DNA from: a virus
Strand: one strand, 5' to 3'
Length of the DNA: 64,000 bases
IMG/VR virus record: IMGVR_UViG_3300043466_002106
Span: 2,470 to 66,469 of that record
The position numbers and the translations under genes were made by a program. Positions within the stretch are counted from its first letter, which is position 1. Each line of letters opens with the position of its first letter. The notes beneath the pieces are model-generated. The model saw only the letters and a list, made by a program, of their open reading frames with translations. It was not told the DNA's origin and ran no database searches. Of this stretch, positions 21,051 through 32,237 are shown one piece after another.

Positions 21051-21857
21051 ATGAATACTAAATTATCATTATCAGTTATATTACCAATTAAATCGTCAAA
21101 AGCAAGAAATTTTGATGAGTATTTTGAAAAGGCTATCACATCAATTAAAACTCAATCAATTGAAATTGAAGAGTTAGTTATCGTTCATTCGTCAGAAGAA
21201 TCGTTAGTTAATTTTTTAAATAATTATGATTTTGAATCTTTAAATGTTGTTAAATTATTGTGGGATAAAGACCCAAATTATTGTGAACAAGTAAACTATG
21301 GAATTAGTAACTCTAAAGGCACTTGGATTTCTTTGTTTGAATTTGATGACGAATACTCTTCTATTTGGTTTAAAAATGTTAAAAAATATGTTGACTCATA
21401 TCCTAACGTACAAGCGTTTTTACCTGTAGTTGTTGAAACTGACGAAAAGGGTATGTTTGCAGGTTTTACAAATGAAGCAACTTTTGCTGCAAATTTCACA
21501 CAAGAAATGGGATTCTTAACAAACGAAACATTACAAGATTATCAAAATTTCCAAACTGCTGGATGTGTCATTAAAAAATCAGTTATTGAAGATTTTGGAG
21601 GTTTTAAATCATCAATTAAATTAACATTTGTTTATGAGTTCTTGCTAAGATTGACTTATAATTCGGTGTCTATAATGACAATACCTAAACTTGGTTACAA
21701 ACACACTAACATGAGAGAAGGTTCTATATTTTGGAATTATAAATTTGGTGAAGAACAAATGTTAGAAGACGAAGTTAAATTTTGGGTTCAAACCGCAAAA
21801 AAAGAATATTTCTTTGTTGATGATAGAAACATAAAATATCAATCAGACAATGTATAA
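21051..21857 (+). CDS. GT2 glycosyltransferase
   Basis: LSVILP, FEFDDEY; start moved to ATG 21051. Confidence 0.7.
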   Translation: MNTKLSLSVILPIKSSKARNFDEYFEKAITSIKTQSIEIEELVIVHSSEESLVNFLNNYDFESLNVVKLLWDKDPNYCEQVNYGISNSKGTWISLFEFDDEYSSIWFKNVKKYVDSYPNVQAFLPVVVETDEKGMFAGFTNEATFAANFTQEMGFLTNETLQDYQNFQTAGCVIKKSVIEDFGGFKSSIKLTFVYEFLLRLTYNSVSIMTIPKLGYKHTNMREGSIFWNYKFGEEQMLEDEVKFWVQTAKKEYFFVDDRNIKYQSDNV

Positions 21858-22606
21858 TGTTAGAAACTCTATCTGCAACAACAGAAGATGTTTCATCCAA
21901 AAAAAGAGGTAGAAAAACGGTAAATGTAAATTATTTTGATGTTAGAGAAGAGGATGCGGTTAGAAGTTTTTTATTAGCCGAAACCTCAGAAGAAAAGAAC
22001 AAAATATATAATGAATACTTACGAGGACCTCTCGATAAGATGATTTCATCTATCATACGAAGATATAAGTTATATCGGAAAGATATGGATTTTACTGAAA
22101 TCCATTGTGATACTCATTCATTCTTAATGACAAAGGTTGATAAGTTCAAACCTTCAAAAGAAAAAAAGGCATATTCGTATTTTGGTACAATCTGTAAAAA
22201 TTATTTAATGGGTCAAATAATTAAAGACCAAAAAGAAATTAACAGAAAAGTATCTTATGAAGATATGTCTCAAAGTATTGAAGAAAGACCCGATATGATG
22301 TATCGTATTGATGAAGATGTTGTAGATACAACGGCAATCATTGCACAATATTTAAGAGAACTACGAGATTTTATTGAAACTGAAAATTTAAATGATAATG
22401 AAAAAAAATTAGGGTACGCCCTAATTGATTTATTTGAAAATTATGAGGCAATATTCTCAAGTGCGGACAATAACAAATTTAATAAAAATGTTATTTTACT
22501 TTCATTAAGAGAAATGACTAATTTAAGTACCAAAGAGATTCGTAGTTCAATTAAAAGGTTTAAAAAATTATATATTTTAATCCAATCTAAAATGAAAACT
22601 GATTAA
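21857..22606 (+). CDS. phage sigma factor, T4 gp55-like late sigma candidate
   Basis: KVDKFKPSKEKKAYSYFGTICKNYL resembles the sigma region-2 FDP..K..xAYFT.I..N motif of gp55-like proteins. Confidence 0.65.
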   Translation: MLETLSATTEDVSSKKRGRKTVNVNYFDVREEDAVRSFLLAETSEEKNKIYNEYLRGPLDKMISSIIRRYKLYRKDMDFTEIHCDTHSFLMTKVDKFKPSKEKKAYSYFGTICKNYLMGQIIKDQKEINRKVSYEDMSQSIEERPDMMYRIDEDVVDTTAIIAQYLRELRDFIETENLNDNEKKLGYALIDLFENYEAIFSSADNNKFNKNVILLSLREMTNLSTKEIRSSIKRFKKLYILIQSKMKTD

Positions 22607-22621
22607 AAAGTATTTATATAT

Positions 22622-22990
22622 ATGCCAAGACCTCAACGCAAAGAAATTAATTTTACTAAAGATTCTATTTTATCTTTAATGCAGGAAATCTATAACGAAC
22701 TTGTAGAACAAAGACAAACTGCAATTAGAATTCAAAATAAAATGTTATCTATGTTAAAAGACCCAGGTGACATGATGACAATTGGTCCTGTTATTGAAAA
22801 ACAACAAAAGATTGTTAACGAGTGTGTTGAAAAGAAAATTAGTTTATCTAAACTACAATCGAGTATTTGGGAAAAATCAAATAATAATAATACCGAATCT
22901 TTTTCACTTGCAGATTTGGATGACGACTTAATTCAAAATCTGATTGACAAGGATGTTTCAAACGATGAAGAATCGTACAAAATGAAGTAA
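22622..22990 (+). CDS. hypothetical phage protein (coiled-coil)
   Basis: 122 aa; TATTTAT at 22611-22617. Confidence 0.6.
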   Translation: MPRPQRKEINFTKDSILSLMQEIYNELVEQRQTAIRIQNKMLSMLKDPGDMMTIGPVIEKQQKIVNECVEKKISLSKLQSSIWEKSNNNNTESFSLADLDDDLIQNLIDKDVSNDEESYKMK

Positions 22991-22991
22991 C

Positions 22992-25088
22992 ATGCCAGTA
23001 GATTTAAATCAAGGATACGATAGTGCAAAGACCGATATATCTTCAATTAAGTCATACATTGAAGTATCTAAATCCGCAAAAAAATTAAAAAGTACTGCGG
23101 GTAATTCTGAGTCTCAAGGAATACCTGATATTGCATCAGGGTTAAATAAAATTGCGACACAACAAAAAAGATACTTAAGACAACCACCCAATTCATTTGA
23201 CGAATTGTTAAACATGATTGGATTGGCTAATGGTTCTGGTTCATCCACATTAGATTATTTAAAAAAGAAATTATTACAAACCGTTACAAAAATAGAGCCT
23301 GATATTAAGAGAATTATTAGTCAGGAATCTATTCGTGCATTAGGTTGTTCTCAAGAACAAACATTTGAGGGATTTACGTCTTCAGAATTAGAAATTAATC
23401 CATTAGAAACTTTACCTGTTGGTCAAGGTATATATGTCCCTGTACAATCAATGGATATTGCAAGCATTTTAAAAGTTGATACAAATTCTAAATTAGGTAA
23501 AGTAATCTACGAAAAACCAACACCAAGTGTTTTACCAAATGAATTTAGACCTTATGGGGGATTAAAACCGTATCCAATGAATAAAGAGTTTTATTTAAGG
23601 TTGGCGGGGTTTAACTCATCAAACTCATATAAAGGTCAATACGGTAAATACTATCAAGGAGTTTCAGGTCAAGACTTATTTGATTTCCAATATAGTCCAA
23701 CTAACCAATTTGGAGTTGACCAACCTTGTTATCGAGTTGCTCTTATATCAAAGGTTAATCCCACCGCAACAATTACTGGTGGAACACAAAACAAAGTTGT
23801 AGATTTTTTAGAAGATTATTATGCAACTATTAAATTATTTGATTCGGTAGATTTTACCGCAAACCTATTAAACGTACTTTCGGGAGCAATATCAATTAAG
23901 GCTAATTTAGGTTCGGATGAAATACAAAAACAATCACAATTTTTATTAGTCTTACAAAGAATATTAGGTTTATGTTTTGATTCAAGACGAGAAATTGATG
24001 TTAGTGGTGTTTCTAAAATTGCAGAACTTGACGGAGTAGATGAGTCATTTTTTGAATTAACTGAAGTAGATTTACGAAATATTGATGTAAGAATTAATAA
24101 CATCCAAAATGGTGTTATGGAATTTGAGGCTTGTGATAATATTAAGTTACCTGTAGATTTTGAAACCATTATTGACGGATTAATTGGATTTAGAGAAAAC
24201 GATGATTTAACTACTGAAGAACAAGTTCAAAATATTATCGATATAACTAATTCTTTATTTGAAAACCCAGATTGGAAAGTTTTTTTACCGACTAATGTTG
24301 ATTTGCAAATTGCCGTTAATAAAGATATTATTAAACAAATTGCGGTAGCGGTTGCTGGGTCAGTATTAAGCCCAAAAGTATTATTTCCAATATTTGTATT
24401 ATTGAGAGTAGTTCAAAATGATGCAACAGGATTATATAATCAAGCGGTAACATCGGCAAATACCTTTCTTCAAAGTGGTAACACCATTTCAGGTCAAGTT
24501 AACAACATAGTTAATAACCAAGTTGATTTTTTAAAAACATTTGAATCTTTTAATATACAAGTTACATCCAAAATTGGTGCAATTTTTATTAAACAACTTT
24601 TTGAGTTATTAAAAAAAGATATAATTAATCTATTATCTTCTGTTGTTAAAGATATTGCAAAAGGTAGTTTAGATAAAAAATATTTAACAATTCAAAGATT
24701 AACCGATATTGCCTTAATACTTCAACAAGTTGCAAGAGGAGTTGATGATTATAGAAAATGTAAATCATTGGTTGATGATATTTTAATAATATTAAAATTG
24801 TTAAGTGGTCTTGCAACTCCAGGTTCAAAAATACCTGCAGCATTACTATTATTAGCTGACTTTTTACCAGGTACATCGGCTGAAAGAACAACAATAAATA
24901 CGATTAAGGTATTACAATCTTTTGGAGTACCAACAGGGACATTGCCCGATGGTTCACCAAATTTAATGTTGTTGTATAATTTAGCATCAAATACTGCAGC
25001 TGAAAAAGAAAAGGCTCAAAATGGTAAAATACAGGCAATTGGATTATCTCCAGCGGGACCTGTTAAAATTAGTGGGGTGTATACGTAA
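22992..25088 (+). CDS. hypothetical protein, probably virion/baseplate-associated
   Basis: 698 aa ORF upstream of the gp5-like gene. Confidence 0.55.
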   Translation: MPVDLNQGYDSAKTDISSIKSYIEVSKSAKKLKSTAGNSESQGIPDIASGLNKIATQQKRYLRQPPNSFDELLNMIGLANGSGSSTLDYLKKKLLQTVTKIEPDIKRIISQESIRALGCSQEQTFEGFTSSELEINPLETLPVGQGIYVPVQSMDIASILKVDTNSKLGKVIYEKPTPSVLPNEFRPYGGLKPYPMNKEFYLRLAGFNSSNSYKGQYGKYYQGVSGQDLFDFQYSPTNQFGVDQPCYRVALISKVNPTATITGGTQNKVVDFLEDYYATIKLFDSVDFTANLLNVLSGAISIKANLGSDEIQKQSQFLLVLQRILGLCFDSRREIDVSGVSKIAELDGVDESFFELTEVDLRNIDVRINNIQNGVMEFEACDNIKLPVDFETIIDGLIGFRENDDLTTEEQVQNIIDITNSLFENPDWKVFLPTNVDLQIAVNKDIIKQIAVAVAGSVLSPKVLFPIFVLLRVVQNDATGLYNQAVTSANTFLQSGNTISGQVNNIVNNQVDFLKTFESFNIQVTSKIGAIFIKQLFELLKKDIINLLSSVVKDIAKGSLDKKYLTIQRLTDIALILQQVARGVDDYRKCKSLVDDILIILKLLSGLATPGSKIPAALLLLADFLPGTSAERTTINTIKVLQSFGVPTGTLPDGSPNLMLLYNLASNTAAEKEKAQNGKIQAIGLSPAGPVKISGVYT

Positions 25089-25089
25089 T

Positions 25090-25293
25090 ATGAAAAAAGA
25101 AGAATTTGAAAGTATTTTAAAATTACAGTCCGAATTAAAGGACCAAACAAACTCAAAATTAATTGAGGTTATGGATAAGCTAACTACAGAGTTTGACTTA
25201 ACTAAAGATACTATAATAAAATCAACATTATATTTGGACAAAGTTGAGGAATTATATAATAACATGCTTAAAGAATATCAATCAAGAAAATGA
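25090..25293 (+). CDS. small coiled-coil hypothetical protein
   Basis: ATG 25090 directly after the previous stop (MKKEEF...). Confidence 0.55.
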   Translation: MKKEEFESILKLQSELKDQTNSKLIEVMDKLTTEFDLTKDTIIKSTLYLDKVEELYNNMLKEYQSRK

Positions 25294-26822
25294 TGCAAGA
25301 TAATACAATATTTTTTCAGGTACAGGTGATGGACAATCAGGACCCGATGATGTTGGGTAGAATTCGAGCAAAGTTGCTTATTGATAATTACGATGATATT
25401 GTTAGGTCAATCACAGACCCCCCATGGAACGAACAAAAAGATGCTTGGACAACAAGAGACCCATTTGTTTTTAGTCCCCTTATGCCATATTTCATGTATC
25501 AAGTACCAAAGCCAACAGAAATGGCTCAAATACTTTATACAAACAAAGATTTTAAGTATCAAAACCAATATTACATCCAAAACACGTTCTCAAGTCCAAC
25601 AACAACAGGATATGAGTTTTATCAAGGTGGTAATAAATTTACAGGAACAGGAACACAATTAAAAAACCCAAAACCTTTAAAAAACCAAGATGGGACTTAC
25701 ACGGACCAAGCCGTACATAAAGGAGTATTTCCTGAGCCAGGTGACAACGCATTATTAGGACGTGGAAGCGCTGACGTTGTTGTAAAACAAGATGAGGTTT
25801 TAATTAGAGCAGGTAAATTTAAAGGAACACAACTACAACCAAATATTGTACCTGTTGGAAATCAACAAAGAGGGTTTTTACAACTTTCAAGATTTAGCCA
25901 ATCAAAAGTTCCATTACCAAATAAGACTATTTTAGAAACAAATGAGGTAACCGTACAAGTAAAGTACTTGATAGAATGGACAATAACCAACCCTGAAAAT
26001 ACTCAAGACAAATTTGCGGGTACGGTATATCTTTATCAATTAAAACCTGATTTATCAACTAATTCAAAAAATTTAACAGTAGGTACATTTGTAAATGAAA
26101 ACCTTAAATCGTTGGTTGCGTCTGAGTCGTTTAATTTATTAACAAAAACTGAAACCATTAAATTTATTAATGATTTTATTAAGACTTGTAATAGTCAGAC
26201 ATATACTGTTTCAGGAATTCAATTGTTTACAAGTGAACAAAATAAATTCCCAATTTTTTACAGACCAAACAATTTAACATATTCTCAAATCACATCATCA
26301 TCAGTGACAGGGGCAACCTCATCCGACGCTTACACAAATGTTTCAAGTATCTTTAATCAAATTAAATTAAAATCCGCACTTAAAGATGGTGGATATGGAT
26401 TAATTTATGCGAAGAATAAAGTTGGAAAACCTGTAAATATTAAAACAACCGTTGTACCTCAACAAACTTATTTAAATACTCAAACAACTTACGGGGCATT
26501 AGCAAGTGATACCCTTTATTTGTTATCACAATTATCGTCAATTCCTGGTAAGGGTAAAATAAACTTTGATGACACATTATATGGTATTTCATTAGATAAT
26601 TTTGTTGATGAACTATTACCAAAAACATCAAGTTTAGTTAGGGGTGAAGAACTTTTAGAACTACTTAATTTGATTGTTAGATTCTTAACAACCCATACTC
26701 ACGCATATCCAGGTTTACCTCCTGTACCAGTTACTCAAGACGGTTCAAGTGTTGCAAACATGTTAACGGAGATGCAAAATGCCTATACCAAAATTCTTAA
26801 TGGAAATATTCGACTTAATTGA
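25290..26822 (+). CDS. baseplate hub/central spike protein (gp5/VgrG-like)
   Basis: N-terminal OB-fold signature VMDNQDPMMLGRIRA; C-terminal HTH (HxH) spike-tip motif followed by PGLPP. Confidence 0.7.
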   Translation: MMQDNTIFFQVQVMDNQDPMMLGRIRAKLLIDNYDDIVRSITDPPWNEQKDAWTTRDPFVFSPLMPYFMYQVPKPTEMAQILYTNKDFKYQNQYYIQNTFSSPTTTGYEFYQGGNKFTGTGTQLKNPKPLKNQDGTYTDQAVHKGVFPEPGDNALLGRGSADVVVKQDEVLIRAGKFKGTQLQPNIVPVGNQQRGFLQLSRFSQSKVPLPNKTILETNEVTVQVKYLIEWTITNPENTQDKFAGTVYLYQLKPDLSTNSKNLTVGTFVNENLKSLVASESFNLLTKTETIKFINDFIKTCNSQTYTVSGIQLFTSEQNKFPIFYRPNNLTYSQITSSSVTGATSSDAYTNVSSIFNQIKLKSALKDGGYGLIYAKNKVGKPVNIKTTVVPQQTYLNTQTTYGALASDTLYLLSQLSSIPGKGKINFDDTLYGISLDNFVDELLPKTSSLVRGEELLELLNLIVRFLTTHTHAYPGLPPVPVTQDGSSVANMLTEMQNAYTKILNGNIRLN

Positions 26823-26842
26823 TATTTATATTAAAACGATTA

Positions 26843-28366
26843 ATGTCAATTTTAAGGTCCTACATAGATAAGAATAATACTATCATCTCAAATTCATATG
26901 TTAATACGGGTAGAAACCCTATTGTCGAGTTGAATTTTGGTGCGTCCGATTACGTAATTCCAAATTTTGGTTACACCCGTTTCTTATTTGATTTAGATTT
27001 AGACTTGTTGAGGGAAAACATTGCAACAGGTGTTGTTTCCACAGGATGTACAACAGGTATGACTCACGTTTTACAAATGACAAATACCTCATCATTTGAT
27101 AATGAATTATTAAATACGTTCATGTCAAACGAAAGAAGGAGAGCAACTTCATTTGATTTAATCTTATTTAGAATCCCAAAAACATCAGGTTCAACAGGAA
27201 ACCCACAAACTTGGGATGAAGGTGTTGGTTATGATTATAATGATTTTAACCTAACAAAGAATAGTGCCAACGGTGGTTCAACACCACTTACATACGTAGA
27301 TAGTCGTGCGTACTCGACTCGACCATCAAATTGGTATCAAACTACCACTATTAGTAATTGGTCTCAACCAGGGGTCTATAATAATAAGAATGAAGGTACC
27401 GTAAATTTCTCAGGTTTAACAATTGTTGCAAGACAACATTTTGAACTTGGTAATGAAGACCTTATCATGGATATGTCCAATGAAATTAATGGTTTATTAA
27501 ATGGTTCAATAACTGGTGTTACTGGTTGGGGAATTGCGTATCTACCACAAATTGAAAACATAACAGGTTTAACCGACAGTTATAGTGTGGCATTCTTTTC
27601 GAGACATACACAAACTTTCTATCAACCATTCCTTCAAACAACATACGACGACTTAATCAAAGACGACCGTAACATATTCTTGAAAAACCAAACAAATAAA
27701 TTGTATTTATACATTTATCAAAATGGTGATTTCGCCAATTTAGATTCTGACCCTGTCGTTAGAATTGAAGACCGAAATGGTGATGCCGTACCAGGTATGG
27801 CAACATTATCAACTTGTTTACGAACAAGAGGTGTATATGAAGTAATAGTACCAAATGGATTCACAGGTGCAACCCCATGTCAATACTACGATGTTTGGTC
27901 AGGTTTAACAATAAACGGACAAGCATTACCTAATGTCACTAATCAATTTGTATTACAACAAGTTACCGCAGGAATTCAAATTGGTTCAACATCTAAAGAA
28001 CCAAGTAAATATGGATTTGAGTTTTACGGTATATTACAAAACGAACAAATCCTTAATACCGACATTAGAAAGGTTGGGGTTACAATTAAAAAGGCGTATA
28101 CAGGTCAAGCTCCGTTACAAGATGTATCAGCATTCTACAGAGTTTATGTTAGAGAAGGAACAACTGAAGTATTAGTTCAAGATTGGACACCTGTAAACAG
28201 AACACCAAATGAGTATTATTTCATTTTTGATACAAGAGATAAAATACCTAATGACTATTATGTAGATATCCAAGTGAACACTTCAGGTGAGAAAGATACT
28301 TATAAGAAACAGTTGGCATTTAGTATTGTTAACTATAAAACAAACAACACATCATTTAGACAATAA
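26843..28366 (+). CDS. virion structural protein (hypothetical)
   Basis: Thr/Gly/Asn-rich, WDEGVG motif; TATTTAT at 26823-26829 supports ATG 26843. Confidence 0.6.
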   Translation: MSILRSYIDKNNTIISNSYVNTGRNPIVELNFGASDYVIPNFGYTRFLFDLDLDLLRENIATGVVSTGCTTGMTHVLQMTNTSSFDNELLNTFMSNERRRATSFDLILFRIPKTSGSTGNPQTWDEGVGYDYNDFNLTKNSANGGSTPLTYVDSRAYSTRPSNWYQTTTISNWSQPGVYNNKNEGTVNFSGLTIVARQHFELGNEDLIMDMSNEINGLLNGSITGVTGWGIAYLPQIENITGLTDSYSVAFFSRHTQTFYQPFLQTTYDDLIKDDRNIFLKNQTNKLYLYIYQNGDFANLDSDPVVRIEDRNGDAVPGMATLSTCLRTRGVYEVIVPNGFTGATPCQYYDVWSGLTINGQALPNVTNQFVLQQVTAGIQIGSTSKEPSKYGFEFYGILQNEQILNTDIRKVGVTIKKAYTGQAPLQDVSAFYRVYVREGTTEVLVQDWTPVNRTPNEYYFIFDTRDKIPNDYYVDIQVNTSGEKDTYKKQLAFSIVNYKTNNTSFRQ

Positions 28367-28367
28367 T

Positions 28368-28829
28368 ATGAAACCAGTAAAATTAACCGAATCAGATTTA
28401 AACCGAATAGTTAAAAAAGTTCTTTCAGAACAAGAAGATGCAAACTATATGTTCTTTTCAAATTTAAAACAAATGAAAAGACAATTAGAGATGATTATGG
28501 AAATGGACCCTGCAGAAGTAGACCATATTATTCAAAATGGACATGATTGGGCTGACGACCACATTTCTGAGGCTAAAACAAATATTGACCAAGTTTTTGA
28601 TTTTTTAAAAAACGAATTTGACAAAGAATCTCAGTATGTAGATTTTGAAGAAATGAATGAGGGAAGGAAAAAGACAGGTACTCCACTTTGTGCTAGAGGT
28701 AAATCTGCTGCCAAGTCAAAATTCAAAGTTTATCCTTCAGCATATGCTAACGGTTATGCGGTACAAGTATGTAAAGGTAAAATCAAAGGGTTAGACGGTA
28801 AGAAACGTTGTTCAGGTACTTATTGTTAA
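28368..28829 (+). CDS. modular hypothetical protein, probable internal head protein
   Basis: starts MKPVKLTESDLNRIVKKVLSEQ; DWADDHI and YPSAYANG modules. Confidence 0.6.
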   Translation: MKPVKLTESDLNRIVKKVLSEQEDANYMFFSNLKQMKRQLEMIMEMDPAEVDHIIQNGHDWADDHISEAKTNIDQVFDFLKNEFDKESQYVDFEEMNEGRKKTGTPLCARGKSAAKSKFKVYPSAYANGYAVQVCKGKIKGLDGKKRCSGTYC

Positions 28830-28897
28830 TTTTCCTCAAATTATTTTTTTATTTAAAAAATTCATGTATCTTTGTCAGTAAATACTGATATAAGACT

Positions 28898-29299
28898 ATG
28901 AAACACATTACCCACAAGTTAAGAAGACTAATCCAACAAAAATATATTAAGTTGGCTCGACTTTCAAATCCCCAACTTAAAAAGTCCGCATACGAAAGAG
29001 ATTGTATTGCAATTTGTAAAAAATTGATTGACAAAGATGAAACAATCTTATTGTTAACTCCAATCTCAAACAAACGATACATCAGAAACGAAGAACAACA
29101 AATTTTCGTAATTTTAGAAAATTACAGTGTTAAAGTAATCAACCATGTGTATTCATATACAGTATTCTTAGAAGATAAATCATGGCATTCGATTGTTAAT
29201 TTATTCGATAATGAAGTTGAGTCAAGACGTATGGAGTTTGAAAAAGAAATTACTTCAAATATTAAGCATTCTCTTCAAAATATTTTACACAAGATATGA
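28898..29299 (+). CDS. hypothetical phage protein
   Basis: 133 aa; TATCTTTG at 28867-28874 upstream. Confidence 0.55.
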   Translation: MKHITHKLRRLIQQKYIKLARLSNPQLKKSAYERDCIAICKKLIDKDETILLLTPISNKRYIRNEEQQIFVILENYSVKVINHVYSYTVFLEDKSWHSIVNLFDNEVESRRMEFEKEITSNIKHSLQNILHKI

Positions 29300-29583
29300 T
29301 GAAAACAAGTCCATTTAAAAAAACATTTTATTTTGGTTTAAGTATATTTTTAACACCAATTTTTATTGCAATTACAATAACTTTACTTACTTTTGTAAGT
29401 AGAAGTCCTAAAACAAAAAAAGTTGAGGTGAAAAAAGAAATTGTTTTTCCTCCTGATAATGTGATAGAACATGATACGGTTTACATTGAAAGACCAAAAC
29501 CAAAATTGACACCTAAAATTGTCATAGAACCAAAAAAAATAGATACGGTAAAAGTTACTGATACATCTAACCAAATAAATTAA
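29296..29583 (+). CDS. small membrane-anchored protein
   Basis: N-terminal hydrophobic helix; HDTVYI/DTVKV segments. Confidence 0.5.
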   Translation: MMKTSPFKKTFYFGLSIFLTPIFIAITITLLTFVSRSPKTKKVEVKKEIVFPPDNVIEHDTVYIERPKPKLTPKIVIEPKKIDTVKVTDTSNQIN

Positions 29584-29608
29584 TTAATTTAAACAACTAC
29601 CTTTACCT

Positions 29609-30052
29609 ATGAAAACAATCATCCTAACAATCGTACTTTTAATTTCAAATATTTTAATTGGTCAACACATCCCAAACATGGATACCACTAAAAGTATTCT
29701 TTTGGTTTCACATTACCACTCAACTGACAAACCTATCTTATCGTTGTTAAAACGAAATCAAGACATTATTTTTTTCATTAATCTTGACGATAAAGATATT
29801 TTTACGTTTTGTGACGCGGAATATTACTTTCACGCAAAAATTAAAGAATTAAATTTAGACTCTACAGGTCATATTCACATTTATTTCACTATTACCCATA
29901 AAAGAAGATTAGGTACGACTAATATTGACGGTAAAATCTGTCATACAGTAGGGGATGAATTTTTTACAATGGTTATTGATAATAAAATGACCAAGCACAC
30001 ATCTATTAAATGTGAATTTCACAAAGAAAAATTAATGAATGTTGATTATTAG
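29609..30052 (+). CDS. putative exported protein
   Basis: MKTIILTIVLLISNILIGQ signal-peptide-like N-terminus ending in Q. Confidence 0.5.
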   Translation: MKTIILTIVLLISNILIGQHIPNMDTTKSILLVSHYHSTDKPILSLLKRNQDIIFFINLDDKDIFTFCDAEYYFHAKIKELNLDSTGHIHIYFTITHKRRLGTTNIDGKICHTVGDEFFTMVIDNKMTKHTSIKCEFHKEKLMNVDY

Positions 30053-31170
30053 GATACTTTTGATGAACAAGATTTGAACCTTTTTGGAGAGTTTTTAATT
30101 AATTGACAAAATTGTGATAACCATTTTTTATCTAATTCTCCTTGTTTCATTTTATCTTCATCACTTAAATTGTAATCAATAGATTCTAAACCATGGTCAA
30201 TTTTTTTGTCTTGACAATTATAACTAATAGTTCGTGGACCTTCTTTCACACCATTTGCAATTATTGTTGGATATCCAAGGGTATCACATAACAATCTAAC
30301 TTCAGTTACATTTGGACTACTACCATCAATTTTTTTTCTATGACACATTTTGTTATATAAAATTGGGTCTAAATTTGATTCATTTTTACCGTCACATATA
30401 ATAACCATAGATTCAGGTTTTTTCTTTAATAGACCAATTCTATTATTTTCTTGTTCTGACTCTTCTGTTAATACTTTTCTAACAAGATTGATTAATTCAC
30501 TTTCAGTTAACTTTATTGTCTTTTTCATTGATTCATTTTTTGGTTTGTACGACACCATTTTTGGTGAATTTCCCGTACCCGATTTATTATGACTTTTTTC
30601 GGCTTTTCTTTTTTGTTGACAAGCACTTCTTTTTTCAGAATCTGTCATTTTTGATGCAACACCAGCGGCTCTACATTTTGGATATCCTTTGTCAGACGCT
30701 TCAGGTCTACCACATGGTGGATGTCCTCCACCTTCTTTTTTTCTACAGATATTAACCCAAGGACCTTTTGGTTGACTACTTCCTTTTGGTTTTTTCTTTG
30801 TTCCAAACCACACCGCCAAATCCTCCTTTAATGGTCCAACTGCTTGATGTATAATTTTTTCAGGGTTTTCAACATCACCTAAGTTACTTCCATCTTCATC
30901 ATTTTGTCCTGTGTAGAAACTTTTTAGATATGCGTCAACTTGTGATATTTTATCCGTTCTTTTTTCAATTCTTGCTCTTTCTTCAGGAGTTTCTTTAAAA
31001 TCCCCGTCAGCCTCTTCATACGCCAACTCAGCATTATCGTAACTATAAACAGAATCTGTAAATGGAGCAATTTGGTTTTCTTTCCATGGTTGTGGAGATA
31101 ATACAATAGGTACTTTGAAATGACCAGCATTTCCTGAACCCGTTGCTTCACTAATTCTATTTCTTTTCAT
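30049..31170 (-). CDS. modular hypothetical protein, probable internal head protein
   Basis: LAVWF...WVNIC...CGR...YPKC module; internal MKKTIKLTESELINLVRKVLTEE; TATTTAT upstream. Confidence 0.6.
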   Translation of the reverse strand: MKRNRISEATGSGNAGHFKVPIVLSPQPWKENQIAPFTDSVYSYDNAELAYEEADGDFKETPEERARIEKRTDKISQVDAYLKSFYTGQNDEDGSNLGDVENPEKIIHQAVGPLKEDLAVWFGTKKKPKGSSQPKGPWVNICRKKEGGGHPPCGRPEASDKGYPKCRAAGVASKMTDSEKRSACQQKRKAEKSHNKSGTGNSPKMVSYKPKNESMKKTIKLTESELINLVRKVLTEESEQENNRIGLLKKKPESMVIICDGKNESNLDPILYNKMCHRKKIDGSSPNVTEVRLLCDTLGYPTIIANGVKEGPRTISYNCQDKKIDHGLESIDYNLSDEDKMKQGELDKKWLSQFCQLIKNSPKRFKSCSSKVS

Positions 31171-31201
31171 ATACTTACTATAAATATATCGTTAATACAT
31201 T

Positions 31202-31408
31202 ATGGAACAAGAAAAACAACCCATCGCATTTCTTTTTGAGGAAGTGGCAATATACAAACCTGAGGATGTCGATAACCTTATAGACGGATTAACTGAAGAA
31301 CAAGCAAAGTTCATGTTAACACGGGCGGTTCAAATGGCACATAAACATGGTTTATATTCTCTTTCAGAGTCAGAATTAATATCCAAATCACTCAGAGTGT
31401 TAAAATAA
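31202..31408 (+). CDS. hypothetical protein
   Basis: 68 aa ORF followed by a terminator. Confidence 0.55.
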   Translation: MEQEKQPIAFLFEEVAIYKPEDVDNLIDGLTEEQAKFMLTRAVQMAHKHGLYSLSESELISKSLRVLK

Positions 31409-31437
31409 AAAAGGGGTCTCACGGGACCCCTTTTTTT
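31407..31437. terminator. bidirectional intrinsic terminator
   Basis: A-run GGGGTC-loop-GACCCC T-run between convergent genes. Confidence 0.85.
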
Positions 31438-31442
31438 ATATC

Positions 31443-32237
31443 TTACAATTTGTTACCACAAGATGGACAAAACTTATATTTTGATTTTGTCTTGGTACCA
31501 CATTCGGTACAATAATGTTTAATATCTTCAGTGGTATTATTTTTATTACTTAATGGTAATATTTTTAAACTTATTTGATGTGATGCGAAATAGTTAAATT
31601 CTCCGTATGAATTAGTAAATTTTTGATTGGATTTTTCACCTTTTTCAACTCTACCCGTTTCAATAGATTTTTTAGATTTAACACTTCTAATATTTGGACC
31701 TTCAAATGTGTTAGTTACACCATTTGAATTTGTTAGGTGTGGTCCTGATAAAGATGTCACACTATATGTATTTGATGAGTTATTGGTAAAAGTCATATTA
31801 CCATAATATGGAGAACCTGTGTTAATAACTTGTGACCAACCAGTATTCCAATTGCCACCTGAAAGATGAGGATAATTAACTATTTGAGATTCATCATAAA
31901 ACTCAACACTAACATCCCCATTTAAGTCAATTGCGTCACGATTCTCGGACGTATCTTTAACTTCATAGGTACTGAACTCAAACTTGTTATTTGAGTCAAG
32001 GAAACGTTCTAAAAACACCCTTTGACCTGGTCGAATAACAATCCCACTTGTCGAGATGTATTTACCATTAAGTTTGATTTTACAAAGTACTGATTTTTGT
32101 GTTGGATTATGAATTTCGAATTCGAAATTATCTTTGTCGTTAAGGAATACGACATTACCATTGTAGATTTTTAAACGCGACTTTTTCTTTGTGATGTGAG
32201 CTGTCGGCTTGCTCACGCTAGTTGTTGTGTAATACAT
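31443..32237 (-). CDS. hypothetical protein with C-terminal zinc ribbon
   Basis: YCTECG...FCPSCG. Confidence 0.7.
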   Translation of the reverse strand: MYYTTTSVSKPTAHITKKKSRLKIYNGNVVFLNDKDNFEFEIHNPTQKSVLCKIKLNGKYISTSGIVIRPGQRVFLERFLDSNNKFEFSTYEVKDTSENRDAIDLNGDVSVEFYDESQIVNYPHLSGGNWNTGWSQVINTGSPYYGNMTFTNNSSNTYSVTSLSGPHLTNSNGVTNTFEGPNIRSVKSKKSIETGRVEKGEKSNQKFTNSYGEFNYFASHQISLKILPLSNKNNTTEDIKHYCTECGTKTKSKYKFCPSCGNKL